Source of the DNA: the human T2T-CHM13v2.0 reference genome, Homo sapiens
Reading direction: 5' to 3' (one strand)
Assembly (NCBI RefSeq): GCF_009914755.1
Contig: NC_060930.1
DNA: 64,000 nucleotides
This document shows positions 28,534-44,900 of the stretch, one piece after another. Made by a program: the position numbers and the translations under genes. The notes beneath the pieces were generated by a model, which was given only the letters and a program-made list of their open reading frames with translations, ran no database searches and was not told where the DNA came from. Position 1 is the first letter of the stretch, and each line of letters begins with the position of its first letter.

Positions 28534-29122
28534 AGATTTTAATAATTGTGTGAATATGTGGATTTGTTTCCCTAAATTCTCTACTGTGACCTGCTCCAAA
28601 TCATCCTTTTATCCCATATCATCTCTCTAAATTGCTTGATCTGTGTTAACTCCTCATATGGCTCTGGTCATCTTGAAGGCATTATAGAAGTTTATAGTGT
28701 ACTGGTGCCAAGCAAGCGTGATTCTTACTAAAATCCTTTTTTGGTTGTGAGTTGCACCTGTGTTGTATTGTTGGGTCACTGTGGGGAAAAAGGAAATTGT
28801 CTTGCACTGGGTGCCTACTCGGGTCAGGCAGAGAACTGAGATGAAGATTCACCCCATAACCCTGTAACATCACTCTCACTGGTACAGTTCTTTTTATTTT
28901 AACAAGTGTTAAAGGGTAAAAGTTCCCTTATTTGAAAGTCTTAAAATTTTAACCTTTATTACTAAGAAGAAAACAAAGAGAAACCCTCTCAGATCCTTGA
29001 ACAATGTCTTTCCCAGCCCTTTCCAACAGATACGTGTTTGGGAAATTGGGCAATGTAGAAAACCAGATGTGAAGAACAGGACAACAATTAGGAAACTTAG
29101 CTAAATCAAACTTTTAACTTAA

Positions 29123-29590
<468 letters not shown>

Positions 29591-29706
29591 ATGACCATTT
29601 CTTTCAAATAGTAAATATAAATTATATAAGTTGCTAAATGTGAATTGATTTTTATGAATGTGATCTCTAAACCTCCTCTGAAAGACTGTGAGAGACATTA
29701 TTATAT

Positions 29707-30102
29707 TGTTATAGTTTGTTTTCACACTGCTATAAAGAACTACTGGAGACTGGATCATTTATGAAGAAAAGAGATTTAACTGACTCATAGTCCTGCAGGC
29801 TGTGCAGCAGGCATGGCTGGGGAGGCCTCTGGAAACTTCCAGTCATGATGGAAGGTGAAGGCAAATTTAGCACATCTTACATGGCAGGAGCAAGAGGAAG
29901 AGAGCGAAAGGGGAGGTGCTACAAACTTTTAAACAACCATATCTCGTGAGTTCTCATGAGGTAGCACTAGGGGGACGGTGCTAAACCGCTAGAAACCACC
30001 CCCATGATCCAATAACCTCCCACCAGGCCCCACCTCCAACATTTGGGTGGGGACACAGTTCAACATGAGATTTGGGTGGGGACACAAAGCCAAGCTATAT
30101 CA
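29707..30102 (-). mobile_element. MST-type MaLR solo LTR (MSTA-like)
   Basis: cacactgctataaagaactac...aagaaaagagatttaactgactca...catgagatttgggtggggacaca...tatatca. Confidence 0.9.
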
Positions 30103-30611
30103 CTGTACATTCCCTTTTGTGTGTGTGTGTTGGTTAGGCAACACCCTGAAAAGGAAAACTTTCTATTTTAAAATGACTGTTACGTTAGAAGATGCTTTGC
30201 CTTGCATGAGTGAAATTTCCTCCAGCACTGGGTAGCAAGGCTTTAAAGAAAATGGCTTTATTATTTATTAAAACTTAGGAAGAAATGTTAGCTCCTAATA
30301 ACCTTTGATCAAATGCCACCTGATCAGGTGTCTAAATGACAGTGACTTTAGTGCTTTGGCACAATAATAGAAACATCTGTTTGTTGGACCATCATTTGGT
30401 ATGTACCAGCAGCATACACAATGGAAAGCAGATCTAAGAAAACTCTTACTAGGAAATTCCCCAAAATTCATTCCCCCATATTGGAAAGTAACTTAACTTT
30501 GTTTATACTCTTACGGTTGATATATACCTACCTTGTTTAGGGAAGTGCTGAAAGAAACAGGCCAAGAAATACATTAGTGAGTTAGTATCTTTTTTTAAAA
30601 CGAGTATATCA

Positions 30612-30926
<315 letters not shown>

Positions 30927-31786
30927 TCATGGAAACCATAGACCCTGATAGAAAAGGTAATGACATTGCTTCTGTACTGCTGAGTGCTGAAATAACCACA
31001 TTGAACAGTTCTGTTTACACTTAGTTTGTTTTAATAAATAAGATTCTGATAATATAGTAATAGTCCACCATATACGTACTTTCTTTAATGTACCCACAGG
31101 AGATAACATTTTCTTTAATGGCACGGAATCTAGAAACACATTTGCACAGAGACAAGAGATGATGGAGAGTGAGAGATGATGCAACCTACTTCTCTCTAGA
31201 GGTGCAGTTTTCTGAGTTCTCCCTCCAAGTCCTCATGGGGCAGTGATGCTGGCAACACTGCCTTGGAGCCTAAGTCCCCCCAGTTTCAAGTAGCTGAACC
31301 CTTGCTCTGATCTTTCTTTTCTACTTGGTCCTGTGTTCCCGTTCAGGAAGAGCATATGTTAATAAACCATGTACCCTGTGTGTCAGAGGTTCTGCAAACC
31401 TCTGGTGACAGCAAGGTCAGTGAAGTGCCCAGCTTTCCTGACAGCAGTCCTTTGTAAACCTGCAGTCCCCGTCCCCACCCCATCTCTTTTTCGGTGCCCA
31501 TTTTATCTGGTGGTTTTGGTATTGAGTTTTGTCACAGGACATCAGTCACAAATCCATTTCCCCACATTGTACACAGATGAAAATAACTGTGAGTTTCTAC
31601 AGTTGATATTTTCTATGTATAGAAGGTATTTGTGCAAGTAAATATGGATATGGCATCATAGGTTACAAATGGAGGGAAAACTTTAGATATTTATTGGGCT
31701 CTCTACTCTCTTACATAGTATTGCCTCCTCTACATCTTCTGTTTTCCAGTATAAAACTTGATTTAGTATTGTGCTGCTGGAAGTTT

Positions 31787-32094
<308 letters not shown>

Positions 32095-35000
32095 GGAACT
32101 TCTTTTTAACTAAATAAAGAAAATTAGTTCAGATTTTTTGGCCTTTACTTCTTCATTATGTACATGAATTTTAAAGAAAAACAGTAAAAACCTCAGTTTA
32201 GTATTCTGTTGTAACACATTTGCCATTGGTTTTTATTTTAAACCTCTCTGTAGACCTCATATGGCAATATACAGAAATGTTACTAAATCACCTTGCCAAA
32301 AAATCAAGCAGTGTAAATTAGGCCACCAAAGGCATTGGAGGAACAGTTCAGATAACCTTAAAATACTGAAATGAATCTTACAAAAATTGTAGGTGACCAG
32401 TTCACATTTGTTTTATCCTTATTTCTTAATCTTTATATGTCTTGAAATTCAAAAAGAAAAATAGGAAACGGCTTATTAATAGGTTGTCCTCTTAGGAAGT
32501 CTTGGAGGAAATACGGAATAGTCATCTGAGTAGATAAATAAGTATAATAATTATTAACATTAAAGTTACCACATTTTTAACCCCAGTGACACGTTAAGCT
32601 TAATGAAACTAACAAATGCCCTTCTAGTTTATTGGATTAGCAATTAGGTGAAAATGCTGAAAGAAAGCTTATTTATTTGGACAGATGTAGAGAGGTCAAA
32701 ATTAATTTTTCGAAAACCTTCTAATTGAATTCCCTTTTAATTTCACAGTGGTGTCTAGTTAAACATTCATGTTAATGCCGGTGATTTTCTGAAGGTCTGA
32801 ACTAGATCTGGATTCCCAAAATCAACACAGGTTATTTAACCCTTTTTATCTAGTAAGCCAGCAGGGACTTTCCTAGTGTAATCCCATAGTATTTGAATAA
32901 TTAGAAGGTCATAATGAGGATTTAATTAGTCCTTGAGATATGCTGAAGCAGAACCCCTAGGAACTTCCCCTTTCGGACACAGATGCAAGCAGAATGGATG
33001 CTGCTCCAGGACTGTGAGCCACGAGGAAATGTATTCTGTTGCTGGAGGCAGTTCTCTGGCACCATTGTGTGGCCATCAGATCGGTGCTGAAAGCATCTTA
33101 GGTGAAATCTTCCAGAATTACTGAATAACAGTCCCCCCAACCTTCATTTCTGCCCACTTTCCAACCTACACAAGGACTGGCTTTTCCTCTCCACTGTTGA
33201 AAAAGAGGAGTTGTAGTCAAAGCACGCTGTACCTGATTGAAAATTGGCTTTTGCTTTATCAGCGACACCAACATTAGGTGAGCTGGGCGAGTTGTGTATT
33301 TTCTCTATAGTTCTATAGAGAAAATAGATAACAAAATTTTGTGTTGTTCTAAGCCTCTGGTATTTTGTCCAGCCAAACATAGAGATCTTGACAGCTGTTT
33401 GTCAGCAGAATCACAAAAATCTCATCTTTGGAATCTGATGTTCACAGAGGAATATTTATCAGTAGCTACATTTTTGCAAATACAGACAGTGCCATTACCC
33501 AGCAAAGTGTGTAGCAGATGGGGCATGATCAGGCATTTCAAGGTTCTTTTTGCGTACTACTACAAAAAGGTGAATCAAAATTTCTATACTTCAAAAGTCT
33601 GAGGTTTCAAAATTACATATTTTGTTTAGACTGAATAGTCTTCATTATTGAATATTTCATTATTCAATATGTCTTCATTTTTTATATGCTGCTTCTGTTA
33701 TTAACCCCGAATGTTAACTGCCTTGGTATAATTTTATTCCTACTAATTAATGGTATATTTTAGCTTCTTTACAAAGTCTGAGTAGAATTCCTTATCAGAT
33801 TTCGAGTCACATTCTATTTGCATAGTGCACACCTTTTGGCTGCGGGCACATCTTTCTCTTACCTTTTCCTGCAATCAGGGGAAAAAGAATGAATTCAGTG
33901 TCTTCCTATGAGTTCAACTGAGCTTCCCCAGGGCCTGCATGGCCCTCGGTGTTCATCCCCTGCCAGGGACCCCCATGTCGGCAGCAGGCTGGGGCTTCAC
34001 AGATGCTCAGCAGAGACTGAGCCAAACAACTAAAGCCATCCAGCTCTCACACCCTGTCAAAGCACAAGACAACCGAACTAGAAAATCTTTATTGTTTGGA
34101 ATTAAGAAAGCTTACAATTTTACCAATAAATACTGTATGTCATTTGCTGTAACACAGTGTTTGTCCCTCTGAACTCACTGTTAGTATTTTGAGCTTACAC
34201 AAGATTAAAGCTACTGCTGCTGCTCCCCCCTGCCTCTGTTCTTCCCAGATGCATTTCCATGACTGCACAGCTGTACTTACAGTGGGTGTCAGTATGAGCC
34301 ATAGCCCTTGCACCTGGAGCCTGGCACTAAATGGATTGTGCTGAGTCCCCTCCCCAACCCCAGCCGTGCTCTTTATGACCCAGGGGCATTTAGATAGAAA
34401 TATGTAAAATTTTGAAAGTTTTTTACTGTTGTCAGCTAGTTTTATGGTGATATTTATACCAAAAGTTATTTTTTAAATGTGAAAATTACTCTTGAATATC
34501 TGAATTGACCTAATTCCTTAATATTCAAGAATAGATTAACAAGTCAGTACTGAAATGAAGGAGACCACCCGGATAATTGTTAAGGAGTTGGAAGTGGGGT
34601 TTGATACTTTTTTCTGTTTTGCAACCTACGGAAACCGTGTTGTTCTTCTTTCTATTGGATTCCCGGTTGTAAGTGTGACAGTAGATCTGCAGATGCTGAG
34701 ATGTATCATAAGATATACTGGTTGTCAGAAAATATTCTCTTAATCTACCTTTCTAGTTTTAAAGAGTAAGTGTATCATTTTCCTAATGTATGCTGTGTAA
34801 GTTTATAGATCACCCCGGTAGGGCATCAGCAATAATCTACCCTCACCCCCAGATGCAATTAACTTAGCCTCCACTCTTAATTGAAGATCCCTTCTTTGTG
34901 ATGTGTGAAAGATGAAAATAAACTCAAATGGGAGGCTTTATACAAAAGAGAATATCTAGACACCACTCTGGAAAGCTGCTTCTAATTTCTTCAGCCTCAG

Positions 35001-35419
35001 AACTCTGCCTCTGTGCTAGACTGTGGACCAAGCCAAAGCTAGTCAGTAATGAAGGCAGTCATGGCACAGGACTTGTGTCAGGTTTATCATTAAGTTCCTT
35101 TTAAGCCAGCTATCCAGAAATAGGTTCATCCCAAAGCTGGGAAAACAAATGTCACACACAATAGGAGTCCATTTATATTCATTGAGGAAGCATCAGTCGA
35201 AGTTTTAGAACATTTTAAAAGAAGCATATTTTGTTACTTTTGTTATATGCAGTAATTTTTTGAATTGCCAATTAAAGTGGGCTTTTAATACTTAATACTT
35301 ATTTGTAATTGGCTCATTATTCTTCATTGAAAGTATTTGAGAACATCTGGATCTTAGGTAAATTCATGGATTTATAACAACACTTTTTCCTGTTCCTTTT
35401 GTGTTTTTTCTGTCTCAGT

Positions 35420-36028
35420 GAAAAACCGTTGTCTTTTTCCAAAGCCAAAAATTCGGAAGCCATCCTTGATGCGTTTTTCTCCCCCGTCTGCCCCAAACTA
35501 ATTAGTCACCAAGTTCCACCAACTCTTCCCCAGTAGAGGTTCCCACACACCCCTTCTCCATACCCACTATCACCACTCTAGTCCAGACACCTAGTTAACC
35601 TCACAGCCTCCTCGCTGTTCCTCCTGTCCCCAGCCTCATGCCTTTGAGATCATATTCCACCTCCTCAGACCGGTGAGAGCATGTCATTCCTCACCACCTA
35701 TGCCTTTAGTCACTTGCCTGTGCCTTGGATAAAGGTGCACTGATCTGTGCGGTCAAGGGGCCTGTCCTTATCCAGCCCCGGCTTCCTTTGCTGGCCTCCC
35801 TGTCATCACACTGCTTTCTCTCTCAAACACCTGCCACACTGAACCTCTTGGGATCTTTATATAAACTCTTCTCTCCAACTGGAACACTTCTGCAGCCATC
35901 CCACCTCAGCTGCACCCCCACCACCCCTGTGGGTCTTCTTACCTGTGTACTTTGTCCTGATTCTTAAGGTCCTCAGCCTGGCTCTTAGTAGGTGCTTGAG
36001 TCAGTGTTTGTTGGGTGAACAAATGAAG
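35420..36028 (+). mobile_element. L2 fragment
   Basis: Pyrimidine-rich L2-like body ending tagtaggtgcttgagtcagtgtttgttgggtgaacaaatgaa. Confidence 0.6.
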
Positions 36029-36249
36029 GAAGCATAACCAGTCACCGTGCTGCCCCTATGGGCCAGGCACCCTCTGAAGCAGCCCAGATGTGTACAGTGT
36101 TGGTGACCCATTAACAGCTGGGATTACAGTTGATTCACAGTTGAACTCTGTTCCAGACTCCAGAACTCTGCGAGTGGAGGGACCGTGGCCTTGTCAGTTT
36201 CAGAACTCCAGGGCCTCATGTTTTACCTGCTGCTTCTCATTTTAATCTG

Positions 36250-36420
36250 CAGGGACTTTGGAATCAGAAGATCTGGGTTTAGGTACAAGCTTTATCACTA
36301 ACTAGTTTTGTATCTTTGGACTATTTGTGAAATGAGGATCATGGATATATTGCACAATTCAAATAAGATTTTGTATCTAACAGTAAAAACTGCAAAGCAC
36401 CGTGAACATAGTAAATGTAA
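36250..36420 (+). mobile_element. MIR fragment
   Basis: ggactttggaatcagaagatctgggttt...tcactaactag...tgtgaaatgagga. Confidence 0.65.
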
Positions 36421-37998
36421 GATCAGGTTCAGATACCTCAGGTGAGACCTGGGTCGAAAGCCTTAAAAAGTAGTTTATTTGCTTCTCCAGGGCATAGCGA
36501 CGTACGTACTTTGTCTTTTTCCTCAGCACTGAAGTGGACTTTTGCAGCTAAAACTTAAAGGATTTGTGTAAGGAATGACTGGATCTTCTGTCCCCATCTG
36601 TCATCTGGGTGCTCAGTCTGACCCCTCCCCGGACTCTCATTTGCCCAGTGATAGGTGGTATAAGTTGCAGGACCAGTCAGTAGCGGAAAGGAGTTTGTGG
36701 GGTGGATGGGGACAGCTTAGAGGTTGCTGTGCCCGGCTCCAAGTATCAGGCTCTGTGGTAGTGGGGAAGGAGAGGGAGTCGTTTTGCCAGTTAACCTAAT
36801 AGCACAGCTGGTGTGGCGCGGGGGGCCTGGGTTAAAGCCTTGAACGGGCCATTAGTTCCTGTCTTCTTCAAAGTAGTTCATGTTGTGAAGAGAGGAAGGC
36901 AGGCAAATAAACACTGAACATAGTTAAATGTAACGAGAATATTTTTTTAAATCTATTTTTCTCTCCAAATGGAGATGTGACACCTATTTGTGAAGAGAAA
37001 TGCCTCTGCCTGTCTTTCTGGGTGGAGACACCACAAAGGTGGCGTGGTATGTAACCGTGGCACACACACATGGCAAAGCAGCTTTTATTGAACTGGCTTG
37101 AAGAGACAGATGCCAACATGAAAATCAATTGTCCATGTGCCAAATGAAAAACGTGCTTGCTTTTCGGTGGCTTCTGTTGCCTTGGACGTCTTGTTGGTAT
37201 CCTGACAATGCTGTAGTTCTCTGCTAGCTGACGAGGCACCTTTGATGAAGAAATTAAATTTTTCTGTAATTGATTTTGTGCTTTCCTGCATGGGCCTGGC
37301 CACGCACGCTTTCTGTGTTTGCTGATTTCTCTTTCATGGGTAGGATGAATGGTGACTTGGGTTTCATGCTTGACTCTACTTTTTCCAACAGGATTTAAAG
37401 TTTCTAATGCTTACATTGCAGAATTTGTTGTGTCCCATGAAGAGGAAAAGAATACACGATTGGAGGCTAAACAAGATCCATGTTAAAATTCCTCCCAGTT
37501 TTATTTCCCCAAATTTCCTAGTTTTGCTTTCACTTTTTATTTGACTTTGTTTCTAACTCAGTTTTGTAACACCCTTCAAACTTAGAGATATGTTTTCATT
37601 GGATGGTACTTTAACTGGACCCATCCCTGGCGATTTTGGAGCTTTGACAACATTGCCCTGTTTAAGTTCATGGAGCTTCATCACTGTTTCCTTTATGTCG
37701 TCTACCCCCAAATATGCTTTAAGGACTAAGTTTACTTTTAAAATTAAATACAGTTTCATTCTATTTTTGAAAATTTCTAAAGTTAGGTCTCTCTCTTATC
37801 CAGGGAAGAATTTTTCTGTATTCCTACTATACAAAAATATTCATTTTTTCCTTCTTTTATATAGAAGATGTGATTTGCTTATAAGGATGTCATAAATCAG
37901 TTTCTTTAATTTTTTTTCATCTGCTAAGGTTTAGAAAGCAACATTGGATCTTTGCTGTAAAGATTATCTCTTTTACAAATAAGAGAATCATATATAGC

Positions 37999-38295
37999 TT
38001 TTTTTTTTTTTTTTTTGCTGAGACGGAGTTTCACTCTGTCATCCAGGCTGGAGTGCAGTGGCGCGTCTCTGCTCACTGCAACCTCCACCTCCTGGGTTCA
38101 AGCAGTTCTCCTGCCTCAGCCTCCCGAGTAGCTGGAACTATAGGCACATGTCACCACGCCCGGCTAATTTTTGTATTTTTAGTAAAGACAGTGTTTCACC
38201 ATGTTGGCCAGGCTGGTCTTGAACTCCTGCAAGTGATCCACCCGCCTCAGCCTCCAAAAGTGCTGGGATTACAGGCGTGAGCCTCTGTGCCTGGC
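37999..38295 (-). mobile_element. Alu (AluS-like)
   Basis: Antisense Alu, TSD approximately atatagc. Confidence 0.95.
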
Positions 38296-39058
38296 TCGCA
38301 TATAGCATTTTATAAACTAGGTAAAGTCTCCGCTAACCAAACCACAGATAGGACACTGCTGCAGAACACACTGGAAAGGTCTGGAAAACTCACTTATCTA
38401 AGAATAACACAGGGACATGTTTTAGAAATGCTAGTTTGTTTACCACTGGGTCTCAAGCACCTATGACAATGACTGGCTTGTCATTAGGCCAACTAGGCCA
38501 GTTTTGCAAGAGGGCAGTGAAGGGATTTCTTGTTTTTAATTGATAGAAGAAAAATGTCTCTTGGCTTAGTCTTTAACACAGGTCTCCATAATAGAGATTG
38601 AAGTAGCGTTTTTCCTAGACTTACGCGAACACTGCTTACATTGCCATGTAACAAGAATGGATTATTGGAATAGGAATTTTTCACTGATGCTAATATTACT
38701 ATTCACAAGAGAATGCCCCTAAATAAAACAGTCCTTTCAAAATGCAGACTGAATGACTCCAGGGAATATCTTGGCAGCCCACCACTACCCCTGTCTTTAG
38801 CTATTAGATATACAAAATGTGGAATTCAAACAATTATCAAATTGTATTAGAATCCATTATCTAAATTAACACCATGTAACGTTGAAATGAACTTGAGGAC
38901 AAGGGATTCGCCTCTTAGCATGTGGTGGAAACGCGCTTGCCCGGGTCGGGCTCATACCCTCACACAAGCTCTGGGGCAGCAGAACCTGCCAGGGCACCAT
39001 TTCCTAGGCCAGGGTCCTGCGTGCTCTAACTTACAGCTAGAAAGGGAACAGTCTTCTC

Positions 39059-39423
<365 letters not shown>

Positions 39424-39549
39424 TAAGACAAATGTTTATCAAGCTACTCACTGCCATGGGTGCTTGAGATCCCATGGTAACCAGAAGTCAGGGCCCTTCT
39501 CCTCACATTGAGAGTCTATTCAGATACTCGATGGGGATTTTGAGATCTT

Positions 39550-39628
39550 TCTCTGTCTCTGTCTCTGTCTCTCTCTCAATCTTTCTTTCTCTCCCCCCCG
39601 CCCCCCGCCCCCCCCCCACACACACACA
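39550..39628. repeat. Compound low-complexity tract (TCTCTG)n / C-runs / (CA)n
   Basis: Directly visible in the sequence. Confidence 0.85.
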
Positions 39629-40109
39629 AGCAAACTCTGGGGAATCTGCCAGATCAGGAAGGATGTATACTGCTTCTTAGGCCGCCCAGAGCTAATCAGT
39701 ACTATAGCTGTTGGTTGAGTGGCCTAAAACTGACAAGCTGAGCTTTTCTGAGCCAAATAACATGGTCGGCCAATTATTTCTGGAACCATTTATCTGGAAG
39801 GGCACAGGACTTTCTGCATAGTGAGCTAAGTGAGGCAGGATCCCCCTCAGCTCTAGCTGGCCTTGTAGAGGAGGCGTGGGACAGGCAGGCCCAGCCTGGA
39901 GCCACCACTCCCTAGGGGCAGCCTCGGAAGGCATGCCAGGAGGCTCACAGGTGTGGCATTGCACCTCCAGAGATTAACCACCATCCAAGGACTTGCAGCA
40001 TTTTCTGGCTTCACTGATGAATGGTTTGTAGGGAAACCTGGCAAGAGAAATTAGTTTGGAAACTTGGAGTCAGGAAATAAATGGTGGATTGCATTAAAAA
40101 TAATATGAA

Positions 40110-40330
40110 TAATAGTAGCTATCATTTATTAAACCTCTAGTGTGTGCAGGCACTGAGCTGTGTGCTTTACACATTTTCTCGTTTAATCTTACAAGGTAGG
40201 CTCAGTTGTCATCCACATTTTTCAGAAAAGGAAAGTGATGCTTTGCAGCTACTAACGTGCCCACAGCTGCTGAACTAGTAAGTGGTGAAGACACGATTTG
40301 GCCCAGGCAGTTGGTCTGCAGAGCCCTCAC
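40110..40330 (-). mobile_element. MIR
   Basis: aatagtagctatcatttatt...caggcactgagctg...tttaatcttacaa...atccacatttttcagaaaaggaaa. Confidence 0.75.
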
Positions 40331-41939
40331 TCCTCACAGCTTCGCAGTGGCTGTGGAGATGGACAGGGTGGATGCGTCTGATAGACATTTAGGCCATGGA
40401 AATAATTGTGCTTTCTGGCCTAGTAGACTCGTTTTTCTTCCTTGCCTTGCTGTCAGCTATCAGTTGTTCCTTCTCACAACAGTCCTTTCTTGGACAGCTG
40501 TCTCCTTTTCCTCAGAAATGATTCTTTGGAAACACCGTGAGATGAAGAACGAAACAATCCAATTTATTAAGCCACTTTTGTAAAGTAAGAGCAAATGGGT
40601 CTGAATGAAGATGGTTTATTTTTCACTAAGACCACATGTTTTTGGTTCTAACTCTATGCCAGATACCTTGCTTGGGCAGATGAGAGGAGAGTGTGTTTTA
40701 AAGCCTCCAGAACTTACAGTCTGGCGAGAGAAACAGTTGCACAAAAAACAATAGCAGTATGCTAACTGCACGGCCACAGCTAACATACGTGGTGCTTTTC
40801 ATGCTTATAAAAGTGACTGCTTTCCTGGAAGGGCAAGGAATGTCATGGAAGATAGCACTAACAGAGTCATACAGAACAGGTGCACATCAGCTGTATGAAG
40901 GCAAGTGGCCTTCTAGGCACACCTGTAAAAACAGCTGGAGCAAAGGACACAGCACACCATCTTGTTTTTTAAGCTATGCCTCCCATTAGTGGATCTTTCC
41001 ATGATATGTAAAATATCAGAGTGCACTGTACATAATAAGGGTCAACATTGTTCTGGAAAATGTAGAGTGTATGTGAATAGTATATGTAAGTATGTAAACA
41101 TATGCACATTGGATCATGACATAAAATATGTCTCTAAAGTGTGGATTGTTGAAAAAAAAAAAAGTTTGAAAGTGGCCTCACAAATCAACCTCTGTGAGCC
41201 TCACTGTCTTTAGGTTGATTTGAAGCTGAAATGGGCTAATAATGAACAAGCTGTTAGCATATAATATATGCTCATTAAAGATCAGCTGCTCATAGGCCAG
41301 GGAATGGCACCTTACCTAGAACCTGAGAATGCAGATTTGCTGAGTGACTGGATGTGCAGGGACTTGCAGGTCTGAAGCAACCCAGGGGCTACAGGGAGCT
41401 CAGAGCCTAAGTGACAGAACCAGAATGGGAGCACCTGGTGACTGCGTGTCCAGGGTAGGGCGGCAGACTCGTGTGCTGGGCTAAGTTTGGCCTTCAGCCA
41501 GTTGAGGAGTCAAGAGACAGTGAATGGTTTTTGAATGAACACAGATATCTGCGAGATGCAGAAGGCGGTTCAGTGCCCAAGTGTAGGCACCAGCCTTGGG
41601 CACAAGCAGAAGATTTTCTTCTTAGAGGAGGAAAACCAATAAGCCTCGGGCCTGGCTGGAGATGCTCAAAGCTTAGAGGGCAGGAAGTCGTCAATGCTGG
41701 CTTTTCTTGTGGTGTGGGTGGTCATTTCTTGACAGTTGGTAGCTGGGCTACAGATGGTTTGAAGAAGTTAAAATTCTAAACCAGCCAAGTAAAAGGGTAC
41801 CTCAAGTGACCTCTAGACTCAGCTGAATGCAGGAACTTTAGTTTCCAAGTCCATGCCTTGGGACATCCACTTTGGATGACACCCACTGGTTGCAGTGGAG
41901 CCTCTCAGAAGCTGTCTGGCCAGATTTGCCCGGGTCTTT

Positions 41940-42180
41940 CCTACACGTTGTTTAGGTCTCAGCTGAAATGTGACTTCTTCGAGGAAACCTTCCACCATCC
42001 CAGTCTAAATTGGGTCTTCCCCTGATACTCTCATAGCACCTGTGCTGCTTTTATTCTCCACGTCACACACTGACTTTGAGTTATTTGTCAGATGTCTGTG
42101 TGTCCCGCTGGAATGTTAATTCCATGAGGGTAGATGTTGCCTGTGCTTGGCTCATTCATGCCCCTGGCACCTCGTGAATG
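41940..42180 (+). mobile_element. L2 3' fragment
   Basis: ggtctcagctgaaatgtgacttcttcgaggaaaccttcc...ggaatgttaattccatgagggtag. Confidence 0.7.
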
Positions 42181-43539
42181 ACCAAGAAATGGAAGAGAAA
42201 GGAGGTGATATTTAGTTGACTAAGATGTTACTTTTCTTGTCTCATATAAAGTTATAAGTTGCTTCGTAATTTTAGTTCATTATTTTTCCCTATTGATAGG
42301 CTTTTATTTTCTGTTCAACTAAAATTTCAGTTCCTCGAGGGCAAGGATCACATCTTTTGCTTTTTAAAAAATACTCTCTTATTCCTACCACAGTTCCGAG
42401 AATGTTAGAGTAAAATAGGTGCATGCTGGTGGAAGATTTGTGTGACATTACTGTGGATTGAGTTACCAGTTTGATAGCTCAGATAGAACCCCGCGCAGTG
42501 ACTAAAGGGCTCACAGAATCACTATAAAGGCAATAGTAATGCCTTTGTATAGGGTTTTCATGGTGGTTTTCAGTTTAGCAGAGCATTTGTGCATGGATTT
42601 TTCTTATTTGACTCTCAGGGTGAATGATCTTGTAAGCCAGAGCAAGATGTGCGTTCTTCACTTTACACAAAGGAGCCTGTGGACCCACACAGCGAATGGG
42701 AGACGCAGCCTCTAAACAGATCTGCTTCCAAACAAATCCATAGGGGGTGTGTTGCTCCTACTCCACTACCTTAACTTCTCTCTAAGGATTTTTCTTTTGC
42801 TTGATTTTTTTTTCCCCTAAAGGGCAGAAAGGGTAGTCTGGTTTTAACATCAGAAGGGTATCTCTGCATTTGGAATGTGGTAGTACAAGTTCGGTGACTG
42901 TATGAGCATACAGCGCAGGACTCAAAACTAGGAAATTCCCTGATCAGAACCCTGGTGCAGATTTATGTTACGGATGAATATATTAATCATATTTTCATAT
43001 GAGGTTTCGAGGAAACTTTGTTTTGTATCATGTAGATAATATCTAATTTAGTGCTTTGTCTAAAGTTTGAATTTTCCCATGTTAGATATTTACTTGGGAC
43101 CCTATAATTCCATAATACATTTAGTAATTCAATATACTTTCACAATATATAGGAAATTCATTTTATATTTTCTGAATTTCCCTAAATTCAGAAAGCGTGG
43201 TACTCTAAACTCAGATGGCTTATGACTAGAAAAGGTCACACCTTTTAAAGACGCAGCTGCGTTCCCTCAGCTGTCAGGCTTGCTATTCGCAAACTCTGTT
43301 ACAAGACACCATCTTAGAAGAATGTTCTGAAAAAAGCAAGATGCAATCAAACAAATATGTCACCATAAATAGGAAGAAAAGTCTTAGTTGAAATCTGATT
43401 TCTTGGGAAACATTTTAAAATGTATTTCTTTCAAAAATAAAAATATAACAAAACAAGAAAAGAACTACCTTCGAAATAAATATACTTGGAAATTGCAGAC
43501 TTGATTTAGATTTCTTCCTAGGAAAGAAAAACGTTTAAA

Positions 43540-43700
43540 CCAGAATCATAGACACCTATAGCTGGAAGTGCCCCTACAACTATTGAGCGCAGGTGAGGAA
43601 ACTGAGGCCAAAAAGGTGAAGTCACTGGCTAGAATCTGCACAGCAGACGTGGAGGCCAGGATGAGATCCTCGCCCAGTGCTCTCTTGGTTACCATGCTAC
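43540..43700 (-). mobile_element. MIR fragment
   Basis: caggtgaggaaactgaggcca...gaagtcactggctagaatc. Confidence 0.65.
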
Positions 43701-43743
43701 CTGTCCTGTACCCTTGTTTGAATCTATAATAGTGACAAGAACT

Positions 43744-44347
<604 letters not shown>

Positions 44348-44349
44348 GC

Positions 44350-44470
44350 TACTGCTTGTTGAAAGCTTCCTGTGAGCCAGCCCTTTTATGCATGTTTATC
44401 TCCGTTAATCCTCACTACAACCCTATGAGGTAGATATGATTGCCCCCATTTTACAGATGAGGAAACTGCT
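44350..44470 (-). mobile_element. MIR
   Basis: ttaatcctcactacaaccctatgaggtag...ccccattttacagatgaggaaactg. Confidence 0.85.
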
Positions 44471-44773
44471 AATAGACATGCATCGTTTCTGTATTTAGGA
44501 TGAATAGAAATACTTCATTTTTAGCTAACTTCTGTCTTCTAATTTTTTATCAATTTGTTTAGGAGATTATGGCAATATTCAATAACCTTTAAAAATATCC
44601 ATAATGGATTACTTTTTTAGTAGGATTAGCTAGTGTTGGCATTTAATTGTGATTTTCTATTATGTGTCATGTACCTACCTCCTAACTGGTCTTCTCACGT
44701 GTAACCTTTCTCTTCCTCTTCAATCCTTTCTTCATGATGCTTATTACAGTAGGGTTAGCTTTCAAAAATGCAA

Positions 44774-44900
44774 CAGGCATGGTGGCCCACACCTGTAGTC
44801 CCAGCTAATTGGGAGGCTGAGGTAGGAAAATCACTTGAAGCCAGGAGTTCGAGACCAGCCTAGACAACATAGAGATACCCTGTCTCAAAAAGAAAACAAA
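44774..44900 (+). mobile_element. Monomeric Alu (FLAM-like)
   Basis: Single Alu arm with A tail. Confidence 0.8.

Noticed and set aside
33646-33669. 9-bp hairpin tattgaata-N6-tattcaata
   Set aside because: Short and AT-rich; no supporting context.
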